The notes under the pieces are model-generated. The model did no database searches. It had not been told where the DNA came from and saw only the letters and a program-made list of their open reading frames with translations. This document shows positions 1 through 32,299 of a DNA stretch of 64,000 nt, piece after piece. Position 1 is the first letter of the stretch. Every line of letters starts with the position of its first letter. The translations under genes were made by a program, and so were the position numbers. Source of the stretch: Macrostomum lignano (Eukaryota); NCBI GenBank assembly GCA_002269645.1, contig NIVC01000991.1, positions 310,001-374,000 of the forward strand, in the 5' to 3' direction.

Positions 1-3000
1 AATGCAAAGCGCGAGGCAAGCATTGGCCTGTACAGTGTATCACCCATCTATAACAGCACCGTTATAGCGGCCACCATCATGAGTGCCTACTCAAGCGTCA
101 TGAACTACTTTGCTGGCAGCAGCGGAGGCAGTAAAGCTCAAATACGCGTTGAAGCTGTGGATGATTTCAAGAAAACTTTTTTGCCTCTATTTGGAGCTTT
201 TGTTCAGATCATAATCTTGTCCGTGCTGCCGGCCACTTTCATGGAAGACACCGTCGAAGACAAAGAGGCTTGCGTTCGTTCGCAACTGAGTTCCATTGGT
301 GTCTCTTCGGCTCATTATTGGGCAACCACCTTTGTGGTGCATTGGATTCAGTACGCCATTATTTATATTGTCAGTGTCATCCTGTTAGTCAGCATTCTTC
401 CGCACAACTTTCTAAACCTGTTCTACACGACTGGCGTCTTCATTCCGACTCTATTTTTTGGCCTGACAAACAATCTACTATTCTCATACATTGTCAGCTC
501 ATTCCTGTCGAACATTCAGCAGTTTGCTAGGATCAGCTGTCTATTCTTCTCCCTATGCGTCAGTGCGTCACTGCTAGCTGTCCAGCTCAACAGCGTCGCC
601 GGCATGATAATGATCTACCTGCTGCCGCCATTCGCTTCTGTAGCCTTGACTTTCTACGGCACTAAAGTGTACTACTTCACCAATGCCTACTATTGGATTG
701 ATGGCGAACAAGCTGCTCCGGAAGGTAGTTCAATCTACTTTGCGCACATGCACGTGTACAACAGCTTGATTGCCATGGTTTGTCACACCGGCCTGCTCGT
801 CATACTACTCGTGGCATCCGAGAATCGTCACCTGGCGCTACACCGTTGCCAGAACCTCTGCCAGCGCTCCGACGAGACCTCCTATCCGCAGGGCGAAGAT
901 CCGGGCGTCGATGAAGAGATTCAACGCATCGAGGAGCACCGTCATAATCAGGCGAACCTGTTGGAGGTGCGGCACATTGGCAAGACCTATCATCCCGGCC
1001 GAGTCAAAGCCGTTCGCGACGTCACTTTCGGCGTGACGCGAGGCGAAATATTCGGCCTGCTGGGTCCGAACGGTGCCGGGAAGACCACCACAATGTCCGT
1101 GATAGTTGGCGATCAGAAACCCAGTCGGGGTGAATGCGAAATTCGTGCCGGTGAGCAATGGCTGAAAAGTTGCAGCGCCGCACGCCTTGGCGCCATTGGC
1201 TACTGTCCGCAGCACAACCCCCTGTTCCCCTGCATCACGGTGGCCGAACATCTGTTCTTCTACGCCAAAATCCTTGGAGTTCACGAAGGCCTAGCCGAGA
1301 AGGACGTTCGCACCCTACTTCAGGTAATTTTAGATTTGTCTTCCTGCATTAGCTCAAACAGAGTAGAAATAGCAGCAGCGTATTCTGTCTAGTAAAGCAC
1401 GGTTAATCCGGCCTCGAGAGTGTTGCTATTGTTGTATAATTGTATAATTGTGTTGTATAATTGCTGTGTGACCGGGCCTATTGGATGAGTGTGCCAGGTG
1501 TCTTCAGCTGTGTGACCAGGCCTATTGGATGAGTGTGCCAGGTGTCTTCAGCTGTGTGACCAGGCCTATTGGATGAGTGTGCCAAGTGTCTTCAGCTGTG
1601 TGACCAGGCCCATTGGATGAGTGTTCCAGGTGTCTTCAGCTGTGTGACCAGGCCTATTGGATGAGTGTGCCAGGTGTCTTCAGTTGTGTGACCAGGCCTA
1701 TTGGATGAGTGTGCCAAGTGTCTTCAGCTGTGTGACCAGGCCTATTGGATGAGTGTGCCAGGTGTCTTCAGCTGTGTGACCGGGCCCATTGAATGAGTGC
1801 CAGGTGTCTTCAGCTGTGTGACCGGGCCTATTGGATGAGTGTGCCAGGTGTCTTCAGCTGTGTGACCATGCCTATTGGATGAGTGTGCTATAGGTGTCTT
1901 CAGCTGTGTGACCGGGCCTATTGGATGAGTGTGCCAGGTGTCTTCAGCTGTGTGACCATGCCCATTGGATGAGTGTTCCAGGTGTCTTCAGCTGTGTGAC
2001 CGGGCCCATTGGATGAGTGCTAGGTGTCTTCTAGTAAAGACTTTGCCCTTTTAATGGGTCATCTAGGCAAGTCTGCTAGGTTTCCTTCGATAGCCTTCGC
2101 AAAATTTTTTTACGAGCTAGCTCCCAGACAGGCAGACGGTCTGACACCTTGCCATTGCCATCTTGCTAGGGCCTGGACCTTGAGTCGCAGGCAGACAGCT
2201 GCGTCTCCAGCTTATCCGAAGGCGCCAAACGACGCACCTGCCTGGCCATCGCTCTGCTGGGCAATCCGTCTATTGTTGTCATCGACGAAGCCTCTACCGG
2301 AGTCGACCCGGAGGGCAAACGGTTCATCTGGAGCGTCATCAGATCTATGGCTAACAATAAACGAGCGCTGGTGATCACGACGCACAGCATGGAAGAGGCG
2401 GAGGCACTCTGCAATCGGGTTGGCATTATGAACCACGGATTAATGGTTGGCTTGGGATCGGTTGCTCAACTCGTTAGCCTGTAAGTGTCCATATCGGCCT
2501 TTTGGCTGGCTCTTTTATCTGGACCGATTGCTGTGGGATCTGTCATCTGCTGCGGGTTGCCTAACGATATCGACATCAAATCAGAGCTAAATTGAATATG
2601 TATTGATTTCTATCTAGCTGTCTGCTAGATCTAATGTTGATCTCTATCTAGCTGTCTGCTAGATATAATGTTGATCTCTATCTAGCTGTCTGCTAGATCT
2701 AATGTTGATCTTTATCTAGCCGACTGCTAGATTAGAGATCTAATGTTGATCTCTACATGTATCTAGCCGACTGCTAGATCTAATGTTGATCTCTATCTAG
2801 TTGTCTGCTAGATATAATGTTGATCTCTATCTAACTGTCTGCTAGATCTAATGTTGATCTCTATCTAGCCGACTGCTAGATCTAATATTGATCTCTATCT
2901 AGTTGTCTGCTAGATCTAATATTGATCTCTATCTAGCCGACTGCTAGATCTAATGTTGATCTCTATCTAGCCGACTGCTAGATCTAATGTTGATCTCTAT

Positions 3001-6000
3001 CTAGTTGTCTGCTAGATATAATGTTGATCTCTATCTAACTGTCTGCTAGATCTAATGTTGATCTCTATCTAGCCGACTGCTAGATCTAATATTGATCTCT
3101 ATCTAGTTGTCTGCTAGATCTAATATTGATCTCTATCTAGCCGACTGCTAGATCTAATGTTGATCTCTATCTAGCCGACTGCTAGATCTAATGTTGATCT
3201 CTATCTAGCCGACTGCTAGATCTAATGTTGATCTTTATCTAGCCGACTGCTAGATTAGAGATCTAATGTTGATCTCTATCTAGCCGACTGCTAGATCTAA
3301 TGTTGATCTCTATCTAGTTGACTGCTAGATCTAATGTTGATCTTTATCTAGCCGACTGCTAGATTAGAGATCTAATGTTGATCTCTATCTAGCCGACTGC
3401 TAGATCTAATGTTCATCTCTATCTAGTTGACTGCTAGATCTAATGTTGATCTTTATCTAGCCGACTGCTAGATCTAATGTTGATCTCTATCTAGCCGACT
3501 GCTAGATTAGAGATCTAATGTTGATCTCTATCTAGCCGACTGCTAGATCTAATGTTGATCTCTATCTAGCCGACTGCTAGATCTAATGTTGATCTTTATC
3601 TAGCCGACTGCTAGATCTAATGTTGATCTCTATCTAGCCGACTGCTAGATCTAATGTTGATCTTTATCTAGCCGACTGCTAGATCTAATGTTGATCTCTA
3701 TCTAGCCGACTGCTAGATCTAATGTCAATCTCTATCTAGCCGACTGCTAGATCTAATGTTGATCTTTATCTAGCTGACTGCTAGATCTAATGTCAATCTC
3801 TATCTAGCCGACTGCTAGATTAGAGATCTAATGTTGATCTCTATCTAGCCGACTGCTAGATCTAATGTTGATCTCTATCTAGCCGACTGCTAGATCTAAT
3901 GTTGATCTCTATCTAGTTGACTGCTAGATCTAATGTTGATCTTTATCTAGCCGACTGCTAGATCTAATGTTGATCTCTATCTAGCCGACTGCTAGATTAG
4001 AGATCTAATGTTGATCTCTATCTAGCCGACTGCTAGATCTAATGTTGATCTCTATCTAGCCGACTGCTAGATCTAATGTTGATCTTTATCTAGCCGACTG
4101 CTAGATTAGAGATCTAATGTTGATCTCTATCTAGCCGACTGCTAGATCTAATGTTGATCTCTATCTAGCCGACTGCTAGATCTAATGTTGATCTTTATCT
4201 AGCCGACTGCTAGATCTAATGTTGATCTCTATCTAGCCGACTGCTAGATCTAATGTTGATCTTTATCTAGCCGACTGCTAGATCTAATGTTGATCTCTAT
4301 CTAGCCGACTGCTAGATTAGAGATCTAATGTTGATCTCTATCTAGCCGACTGCTAGATCTAATGTTGATCTCTATCTAGCCGACTGCTAGATCTAATGTT
4401 GATCTTTATCTAGCCGACTGCTAGATCTAATGTTGATCTCTATCTAGCCGACTGCTAGATCTAATGTTGATCTTTATCTAGCCGACTGCTAGATTTAATG
4501 TCAATCTCTATCTAGCCGACTGCTAGATCTAATGTTGATCTTTATCTAGCCGACTGCTAGATCTAATGTCAATTTCTATCTAGCCGACTGCTAGATCTAA
4601 TGTTGATCTTTATCTAGCCGACTGCTAGATCTAATGTCAATCTCTATCTAGCCGACTGCTAGATCTAATGTTGATCTTTATCTAGCCGACTGCTAGATCT
4701 AATGTTAATCCCTATCTAGTTGACTGCTAGATTAGAGATCTAATGTTGATCTCTATCTAGCCGACTGCTAGATCTAATGTTGATCTCTATCTAGCCGACT
4801 GCTAGATCTAATGTTAATCTCTATCTAGTTGACTGCTAGATCTAATGTCAATCTCTATCTAGTTGACTGCTAGATCTAATGTTGATCTTTATCTAGCCGA
4901 CTGCTAGATCTAATGTTGATCTCTATCTAGTTGACTGCTAGATCTAATGTTGATCTCTATCTAGCCGACTGCTAGATCTAATGTCAATCTCTATCTAGCC
5001 GACTGCTAGATCTAATGTTGATCTTTATCTAGCTGACTGCTAGATCTAATGTCAATCTCTATCTAGCCGACTGCTAGATTAGAGATCTAATGTTGATCTC
5101 TATCTAGCCGACTGCTAGATCTAATGTTGATCTCTATCTAGCCGACTGCTAGATCTAATGTTGATCTCTATCTAGTTGACTGCTAGATCTAATGTTGATC
5201 TTTATCTAGCCGACTGCTAGATCTAATGTTGATCTCTATCTAGCCGACTGCTAGATTAGAGATCTAATGTTGATCTCTATCTAGCCGACTGCTAGATCTA
5301 ATGTTGATCTCTATCTAGCCGACTGCTAGATCTAATGTTGATCTTTATCTAGCCGACTGCTAGATCTAATGTTGATCTCTATCTAGCCGACTGCTAGATC
5401 TAATGTCAATCTCTATCTAGCCGACTGCTAGATCTAATGTTGATCTTTATCTAGCTGACTGCTAGATCTAATGTCAATCTCTATCTAGCCGACTGCTAGA
5501 TTAGAGATCTAATGTTGATCTCTATCTAGCCGACTGCTAGATCTAATGTTGATCTCTATCTAGCCGACTGCTAGATCTAATGTTGATCTCTATCTAGTTG
5601 ACTGCTAGATCTAATGTTGATCTTTATCTAGCCGACTGCTAGATCTAATGTTGATCTCTATCTAGCCGACTGCTAGATTAGAGATCTAATGTTGATCTCT
5701 ATCTAGCCGACTGCTAGATCTAATGTTGATCTCTATCTAGCCGACTGCTAGATCTAATGTTGATCTTTATCTAGCCGACTGCTAGATTAGAGATCTAATG
5801 TTGATCTCTATCTAGCCGACTGCTAGATCTAATGTTGATCTCTATCTAGCCGACTGCTAGATCTAATGTTGATCTTTATCTAGCCGACTGCTAGATCTAA
5901 TGTTGATCTCTATCTAGCCGACTGCTAGATCTAATGTTGATCTTTATCTAGCCGACTGCTAGATCTAATGTTGATCTCTATCTAGCCGACTGCTAGATTA

Positions 6001-7694
6001 GAGATCTAATGTTGATCTCTATCTAGCCGACTGCTAGATCTAATGTTGATCTCTATCTAGCCGACTGCTAGATCTAATGTTGATCTTTATCTAGCCGACT
6101 GCTAGATCTAATGTTGATCTCTATCTAGCCGACTGCTAGATCTAATGTTGATCTTTATCTAGCCGACTGCTAGATTTAATGTCAATCTCTATCTAGCCGA
6201 CTGCTAGATCTAATGTTGATCTTTATCTAGCCGACTGCTAGATCTAATGTCAATCTCTATCTAGCCGACTGCTAGATCTAATGTTGATCTTTATCTAGCC
6301 GACTGCTAGATCTAATGTCAATCTCTATCTAGCCGACTGCTAGATCTAATGTTGATCTTTATCTAGCCGACTGCTAGATCTAATGTTAATCCCTATCTAG
6401 TTGACTGCTAGATTAGAGATCTAATGTTGATCTCTATCTAGCCGACTGCTAGATCTAATGTTGATCTCTATCTAGCCGACTGCTAGATCTAATGTTAATC
6501 TCTATCTAGTTGACTGCTAGATCTAATGTCAATCTCTATCTAGTTGACTGCTAGATCTAATGTTGATCTTTATCTAGCCGACTGCTAGATCTAATGTTGA
6601 TCTCTATCTAGTTGACTGCTAGATCTAATGTTGATCTTTATCTAGCCGACTGCTAGATCTAATGTTGATCTCTATCTAGTTGACTGCTAGATCTAATGTT
6701 GATCTTTATCTAGCCGACTGCTAGATCTAATGTTGATCTCTATCTAGTTGACTGCTAGATCTAATGTTGATCTCTATCTAGCCGACTGCTAGATCTAATG
6801 TTAATCTCTATCTAGTTGACTGCTAGATCTAATGTTGATCTTTATCTAGCCGACTGCTAGATCTAATGTTAATCTCTATCTAGTTGACTGCTAGATCTAA
6901 TGTCAATCTCTATCTAGTTGACTGCTAGATCTAATGTTGATCTTTATCTAGCCGACTGCTAGATCTAATGTTGATCTCTATCTAGTTGACTGCTAGATCT
7001 AATGTTGATCTTTATCTAGCCGACTGCTAGATCTAATGTTGATCTCTATCTAGTTGACTGCTAGATCTAATGTTGATCTTTATCTAGCCGACTGCTAGAT
7101 CTAATGTTGATCTCTATCTAGTTGACTGCTAGATCTAATGTTGATCTTTATCTAGCCGACTGCTAGATCTAATGTTGATCTCTATCTAGTTGACTGCTAG
7201 ATCTAATGTTGATCTCTATCTAGCTGACTGCTAGATCTAATGTCAATCTCTATCTAGCCGACAGCTCGCAAAGTCTCAAACTGTCTTAAACCCACCGCTG
7301 TCGCCGCAGGTACGGAGAATACTACACCTTGGACATTCAGATCCAATCGCATCTGGGCGAACAACCAAAAGCTGTTCGCGCTCGTAAAGAACGCGCAATC
7401 AAGGCTATTTTGCTGCACTTTCATGGCTCCAAAGTGATTGAGCAGTTCACAACAAACGTGGCTCTGTCAGTGCCCTCCGAGAGCATACCCAGGCTCTCAG
7501 TGGCTCTGTCGTGGTTGGTCACTAACCGTGAACCATTGCAGCTAAAGTACTTCTCATTCTATCAACTGTCACTGGACCAGGTGTTTGAATACCTGTTGAA
7601 ATCGCATGACGATCAAATACAGAAGCAGAACAGACTGTCCGTGTTCTCAGTCACTACTCAGCTGTCCGAGTTTGACAACTCTGCATTTGTTTAA
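1..7694 (+). CDS. ABC transporter subfamily A (ABCA5/6/8/9/10-like), C-terminal part; 5'-partial
   Basis: Exons <1..1323, 2170..2480, 7310..7694 with GT-AG and consistent phases; frame is open to base 1. TM helices, then an NBD with Walker A GPNGAGKTT, signature LSEGAKRR, Walker B IVVIDE, D-loop STGVDP, TTHSMEEAEALC, and the ABCA C-terminal motif YQLSLDQVF. Confidence 0.9.
1464..2031. repeat. 44-bp minisatellite, ~13 copies, in ABCA intron
   Basis: Unit GCTGTGTGACCAGGCCTATTGGATGAGTGTGCCAGGTGTCTTCA; period 44 (1501 vs 1545). Confidence 0.95.
2607..7262. repeat. 34-bp satellite, ~135 copies, filling ABCA intron
   Basis: Unit GATCTCTATCTAGCCGACTGCTAGATCTAATGTT, with 41-bp variants carrying a 7-bp insertion and diagnostic point variants. 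Confidence 0.97.
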
Positions 7695-8050
7695 TATTTG
7701 ATTAGTGAGCTGCCTAACTATTTTGTTGACTTGATATCCAATTGTCCTGATGTGTAGACCTTTTATTTACATATTATTTGTTGTTACTTTCTTGACGGCT
7801 TAAAACCTTTACAGAGCTGAGGCTCAGTAAAAACACTACTCGGATGTCCGGTATGGCCGGTATTTATTGAATACGCTCAGACGAAACTGAAGATATATGC
7901 TAATCAAATCTCATTGCTGTCGTGTATTGAGTGTTTAAAACTAAATATAATCTGAACGACTGCAATTGCGTGCAATTGTTTTCTTATAATTCCAGAGTCA
8001 ATGACTGATGAAAATAGATTTTTCTTATGACAGGTTGGTGTCCATTTGCA

Positions 8051-9103
<1,053 letters not shown>

Positions 9104-9167
9104 ACATAGATGGCAGTAACGCACACATGAAATTGAGCTCTGCACTTTTAGCCAGAAATAATCGCTT

Positions 9168-12153
9168 TTATTTGCGCGCCGCTCTGTATGGCGGAACATA
9201 AGTGACGGCTGCAAGGGCCAGGAACGCAACTTCAATGAGTTTGAGCACTAAGGTAAACAGGAGCACGGTTAGCCAGAATTTCTGGCTATTATAAAAACTG
9301 CACGAGCCAGTCTTGTCGCACCCGCTGATCCACAAACTGCAGGTGGAGTCGAACAGCTGGCCCAGCAGCGGAGGCCCCGGGATGCTGCCAAACAGTCTGA
9401 CAATGACCCACTGCAGACCGAGGCCAAGATCCTTCAGCTCGGCGGGCACCACTCGCATAGTGCACTGCAGAGTCGGCACTGATAGCGAAAATATGCAAGT
9501 AGTAAGCAGGAATAGCATGACGATAATAACGGAAGTTTTGGCGCATTTTCCTTCCAAACAGAAGCCTGCCGAGTCCTGCCTTGCAGCGAATCCGTCAGAC
9601 GTTTGAGCCGTGATGCAGCTGCAGTTGGAGAAGTAGTGGACTCCGTCAATCACAGTGCTGTTGTCTTGACAGCCTGAAAGTGACAGAAAGTTTAAGAGAG
9701 TTTTCTTAGGCAGCCTTGGGCAACAGTCAAACCATTTCCTTCGATACCTGAGCACACGCACGGATGGATAAGTGCGCAGGAACAGACTCGCGCAGTGTGT
9801 GTGCATAGGTCTTGATTTTTAGGCATGTACATGTATTGCACACTCTGTGCCTTTGAGGTTGGCCCTCATGTGAGCGAATTGCACGACCACCCCAAAGGCC
9901 TGTCATCGAGCGCAAGCCCCAAAAACACTCTGACACGAGAATCGGACGCAGTGACCGCTAAGCTACTCATCACACTTTGACACGAGAATCGGACGCAGTG
10001 ACTGCTAAGCTACTCATCACACTTTGACACGAGAATCGGACGCAGTGACTGCTAAGCCACTCATCACACTTTGACACGAGAATCGGACGCAGTGACTGCT
10101 AAGCTACTCATCACACTTTGACACGAGAATCGGACGCAGTGACTGCTAAGCCACTCATCACACTTTGACACGAGAATCGGACGCAGTGACTGCTAAGCTA
10201 CTCATCACACTTTGACACGAGAATCGGACGCAGTGACTGCTAAGCCACTCATCACACTTTGACACGAGAATCGGACGCAGTGACTGCTAAGCCACTCATC
10301 ACACTTTGACACGAGAATCGGACGCAGTGACCGCTAAGCCACTCATCACACTTTGACACGAGAATCGGACGCAGTGACTGCTAAGCCACTCATCACACTT
10401 TGACACGAGAATCGGACGCAGTGACCGCTAAGCCACTCATCACACTTTGACACGAGAATCGGACGCAGTGACTGCTAAGCTACTCATCACACTTTGACAC
10501 GAGAATCGGACGCAGTGACTGCTAAGCCACTCATCACACTTTGACACGAGAATCGGACGCAGTGACCCCTAAGCTACGCCGCCCCTGCGAACCTGCGAAG
10601 CAGGGCGAATAATAGACGATTTTGTCAGCTCCGCACACCGGGTTGTACATGAACTTGTTCTCCTGACAGCTGCAGTTCTTATTGCAATCGACTGTCAGTT
10701 TGTAGAGACGCTGCTGGTCGGCCGACATCGGATAATGCTGATTGATGCCCGCAAATCTCTGGCCCCGACATTTGAGCAGGAGGCCCAGCGCGAACAGCGA
10801 GCTGATGGCGGCGGAGGCCACGCAGAACCAGAGCAGGCGGCCCAGCGGCAGGTTGGAGAAGCGGATCAGCAGGCCGCCAGCCAGCATGCCTATGACGCCG
10901 GCAAAAACTGTGACCAGCCCCATCACCAGGGTGGCCCTGCTAGTTGAGAACTCAAACAGTGTGCGCAGAATCTTCGGCCCGAAGGTGGACAGGCTGGCCA
11001 GAAGGAGCAGCTGAACTGCCCCAGCAAACGATAGGAACAGCATTGTTGGGTTCTTCAATAGCACCATCAGCGACTGGAAGAAGCCCATCGAGCTGCCGTT
11101 GATTGCCGAAGGCGCGTCCTTCACCAGATCGTCGAGTCTGTGCGCCTCCGGAACTCGTTTCCTCTTCAGCCGAATTCTGGCGGATCCCTGAAAGCTCTTC
11201 GGGAAGCCGAACATCGGCCCGGCGATTGCAACTGAGGCCAGGGCGGACAACAAGAACCCGATCCACCAGGCGCCAACCCACAGGCTGCTATTGTTGGGGC
11301 CGATATCCGACGGCGTCGCGCTTGGCTCCACGTACACGTTGAGAAGCCTGGCATTTAGCAGGAAACCAACGGCGGGTCCGATGATGCTCATAGCGTAGTA
11401 AATCCCCAAGAAGGTGCCAGAATCTTCCATGCTGAGATTGTCGTCCAGATAGGCGACGCCAAGAGTGTACAGCGGCGAGGCGCCGACGCCATGCAGGAAC
11501 TGGCCTGTCCAGAACACGTACTTGTAACTGTTCAAATTTTGACTGTTGCAAAACTTCGGGTAGACCTTGTTGGGCTCCGGGTAGCACACTGACGGAACCG
11601 GGCTCTGGTAGATGTACTTGTCCGTGATCAGGTGGGGAAGGAAAAATACGAACGAACCTAAGCCCATCACTAGCAGGCCGATGGAGATGAGGCGGCTGCG
11701 CCGGTGCCCGTGGCCGAAGTAGCTGACTGGCACCACGCACACGAGGCATCCGATGTCGTACATGGAGACAATGAAGCCGCTCTCCTTCGAGGTCAGCTCG
11801 TACCTCAGCTCGATTGGTGTTACCACGGACTTGACAAAGCCGGAAATCACCATGCCCTGGGTAAAGCTGCACAGGCAGAGCCACAGCAGCAGGCAGGACG
11901 GTCGGGCGAAGCACTGGCAGCACTCAGGCTGGCACTGCTGGTGCCAACCGCAGGCCACATCTGTCGGCTTCTCTTTGATCTCATCCAAGTTCGCTGCCGC
12001 AATGTCTAGCTGACTACTGCCGCATGAAGGCCTTCGAGCCTCCACAGCTGGCGTTGCAGTTGATTCGATATGTTCCGGCTGATCGGATGTCGTGTCTTGA
12101 ATTTGTTTAACTTCATTAGTTCCGGTGTTTTCGTCGAATTTTACGATCACCAT
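9168..12153 (-). CDS. Organic anion transporting polypeptide (OATP/SLCO family), ~688 aa
   Basis: Exons 12153..10593 and 9673..9168; phase-1 junction GCA G|GC TGT. Motifs: DDN..LGIYYAMSIIGPAVGF, WVGAWWIGF, Kazal-like PVCGADKIVYYSPCFAGC, LGLGLQWVIVRLFGSIPGP..G.LFDSTC.LW...C...GSC..Y. Confidence 0.95.
9810..9890 (-). mobile_element. Internal fragment related to the SINE at ~47800-48234
   Basis: TAGGCATGTACA...TGTGCCTT.G.GGTTGGCCCTCA...AATTGCACGA is shared with 48061-48120. Confidence 0.55.
9931..10575. repeat. 47-bp minisatellite, ~14 copies, in OATP intron
   Basis: Unit TGACACGAGAATCGGACGCAGTGACTGCTAAGCTACTCATCACACTT; period 47 (9931, 9978); starts ~17 nt from the donor site. Confidence 0.95.
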
Positions 12154-12354
12154 TCTGCCTATTGGTTTACACGAGCGTATAGCGTGGACTTTATATATTC
12201 TTAAATTATGGACCTAAAACAAATTTCCTTACTCATTTCATCTTTGGCGTCTATGTTATAAAAGGACTATAAAATTAGAAAGCTAAATTCTAATTTTATT
12301 TTAACGGAAAAATAGTAAAAAAAACGGAGCCGAGAATGTTGTCCGCTGTGTGTT

Positions 12355-12782
12355 TTGCCCGCTGGATGCTTTGCCTGTCGGGTGTCCTGCCCGCTGGAAG
12401 CTTTGCCTGTCGGGTGTCCTGCCCGCTGGATGCTTTGCCTGTCGGGTGTCCTGCCCGCTGGATGCTTTGCCTGTCGGGTGTCCTGCCCGCTGGATGCTTT
12501 GCCTGTCGGGTGTCCTGCCCGCTGGATGCTTTGCCTGTCGGGTGTCCTGCCCGCTGGATGCTTTGCCTGTCGGGTGTCCTGCCCGCTGGATGCTTTGCCT
12601 GTCGGGTGTCCTGCCCGCTGGATGCTTTGCCTGTCGGGTGTCCTGCCCGCTGGATGCTTTGCCTGTCGGGTGTCCTGCCCGCTGGATGCTTTGCCTGTCG
12701 GGTGTCCTGCCCGCTGGATGCTTTGCCTGTCGGGTGTCCTGCCCGCTGGATGCTTTGCCTGTCGGGTGTCCTGCCCGTCGGA
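12355..12782. repeat. 32-bp GC-rich minisatellite, ~13 copies, ~200 bp upstream of the OATP ATG
   Basis: Unit GCCCGCTGGATGCTTTGCCTGTCGGGTGTCCT, almost invariant. Confidence 0.95.
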
Positions 12783-14092
12783 TGTTCTGCCCACAGATAC
12801 TATAAACACAGATATTTATAGTATCTGTGGTTTTTCCCATCGCTACGAGCGTACGTGTACTTAGATCAATTTTAGCGCAATATTCTGCCTTTCTTCCCTA
12901 ATATTTCTCTTTTGAAGACCTGCTTTATAGTAGCTCCTATATATATAGTAAATGTATCAATGCGAGCTGTGCTTACATCAAATTTCATAATTTTACATTC
13001 AGACCTGTGAATTTTTTGCATCATGTTCACAGGCCTATACATTGATGGCTGGCTGGGATGACAGGTTGAAATAGCTAGGGCGAAATCTGCAAAACTTAAT
13101 GAATCTTTCTGACACACTTGGCGCAAATTATCAAGTACTATTGAAACAATTTCAATTTAATAATAAAGAGAGAGAATCTCTATCCTGTTATTTCCTGTTC
13201 AATGACCGCCATGGTCTATGCTTTTGTTCGTTTAACTGTCAGTAAGGATTAAAGAAGAGTATAAATCGCATGAATGCTAACTCGGGTGCCAACTAATGTG
13301 TCTGAATAACAAAGACAAAGCGATGAATTCAAATTGATTAAAAGTTTATTGTAACATCAGTTTTAGCTTGTCGCTAAACACAAAATTTCCTGACACATAC
13401 AGTAAAATGGGCAAATAAAATGACAGTTCTCGAGCAAGCTTAACTGGTCAAGAACAGCAATGCACACTTTGAAATTTCGGTACACAATGTACTAGGATGA
13501 GTGCCTGCAAACAACAAGAGAGTACATTTAAGTACCGCTGTTCCATTAAACAGCTCAATATAGAATATAATCAGAACCTGAAAATAGAATCAATTTAGCT
13601 TTGGTACGCGTGTACTCTAAAGTGCAATGCAAAGTACATATGTACTTTTGATGCACTTTCTCTAAAAGTATATACAACAGGCATTAGTTTCAGCTTTTAG
13701 CTTTTAGCTTTACGCGACAGAGAACAGAATAAACTATGAAGCGAGCGAACTTCAGTCATACTATCAGTAGAGAGTGAAGCAAATTTGCATCAATGTTAAA
13801 GACAAGCAAAGGCAAGGAGGACAAAGACCTTTAATAATTTGGTAAATTCTTCATAAAATACAACAATTTGTTTATCATTGTTTATTGACAGAAAGCTCCA
13901 AAACTGCTTTAATAAAAAATTGCTACTATGATTTATTACAGGGCAAGCTGCTGTCTTCACTTCAGCCGATATGTATCGAAAAAATCATTTATGCCCATGG
14001 TTTTTGTACATCTAAAATTTTTAACTATCAGTGCATTTTTAAAACAAATTAAAAGAAAACAATTTTTGAAACGATTTCCACCCCCTGACAGA

Positions 14093-31243
<17,151 letters not shown>

Positions 31244-31851
31244 GTCACGTTCGATTTCCAGGCATACGAACGAGAAAAGAGAAATTCTAGCGTATTCAAC
31301 TGTTGACTGCTGAAAACAGAAATTGTCTAACCTGTCTCGTATGTGGGTCTTTGCACGGGTTTTTAATAGAATCTAAATTTCAAGCAGAGATAAAGCGGCT
31401 AGACTGACTCTCTTGGGACCAAGGACTGTCAAACAAGCGCAGCAACCCCGAAAGAACGAAATAAACGACTGAGATAAGGAGACTCCTGAGAGATGGCATC
31501 AGAGCTGCCTGCATTCCCACGAAAAGCATGAGAATCAAGTCGCATTTCAATACGCCAGAAATTTTGGTGTGAATCGAACATTACTTTAAATGTTCGTTTG
31601 TCCTGCTGTGTCTGACGCTTGAATCGAGAGGAGACCGTATCCTAAAATCACGTACCTCATGAGCCACTGCGGAATAAACATTTAAGCAATTTAGCAAACT
31701 CGAATATTGACTTGGGGGCTTTTATTGCTTCGAAATTTGGTTTCAAGTTTATTTCAATAGATTACTGGGATGCCTGCAGGGCGGAGCCATGAGAGAGCTA
31801 AGGATCGCCTTCGATCCTCCTTTTAGTACGATCTAGATTGGTAACAAGATA

Positions 31852-32289
31852 GCGCCCCTGGTGCTGGCGCCCCTGGTGCTGGCGCCCCTGGTGCTGGCGC
31901 CCCTGGTGCTGGCGCCCCTGGTGCTGGCGCCCCTGGTGCTGGCGCCCCTGGTGCTGGCGCCCCTGGTGCTGGCGCCCCTGGTGCTGGCGCCCCTGGTGCT
32001 GGCGCCCCTGGTGCTGGCGCCCCTGGTGCTGGCGCCCCTGGTGCTGGCGCCCCTGGTGCTGGCGCCCCTGGTGCTGGCGCCCCTGGTGCTGGCGCCCCTG
32101 GTGCTGGCGCCCCTGGTGCTGGCGCCCCTGGTGCTGGCGCCCCTGGTGCTGGCGCCCCTGGTGCTGGCGCCCCTGGTGCTGGCGCCCCTGGTGCTGGCGC
32201 CCCTGGTGCTGGCGCCCCTGGTGCTGGCGCCCCTGGTGCTGGCGCCCCTGGTGCTGGCGCCCCTGGTGCTGGCGCCCCTGGTGCTGGCT
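31852..32289. repeat. Perfect 15-bp GC-rich array (GCGCCCCTGGTGCTG), ~29 copies
   Basis: Invariant 15-mer; possibly the interior of a CAGG-ended element at 31777..32299. Confidence 0.97.
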
Positions 32290-32299
32290 AAAGCCCCTG

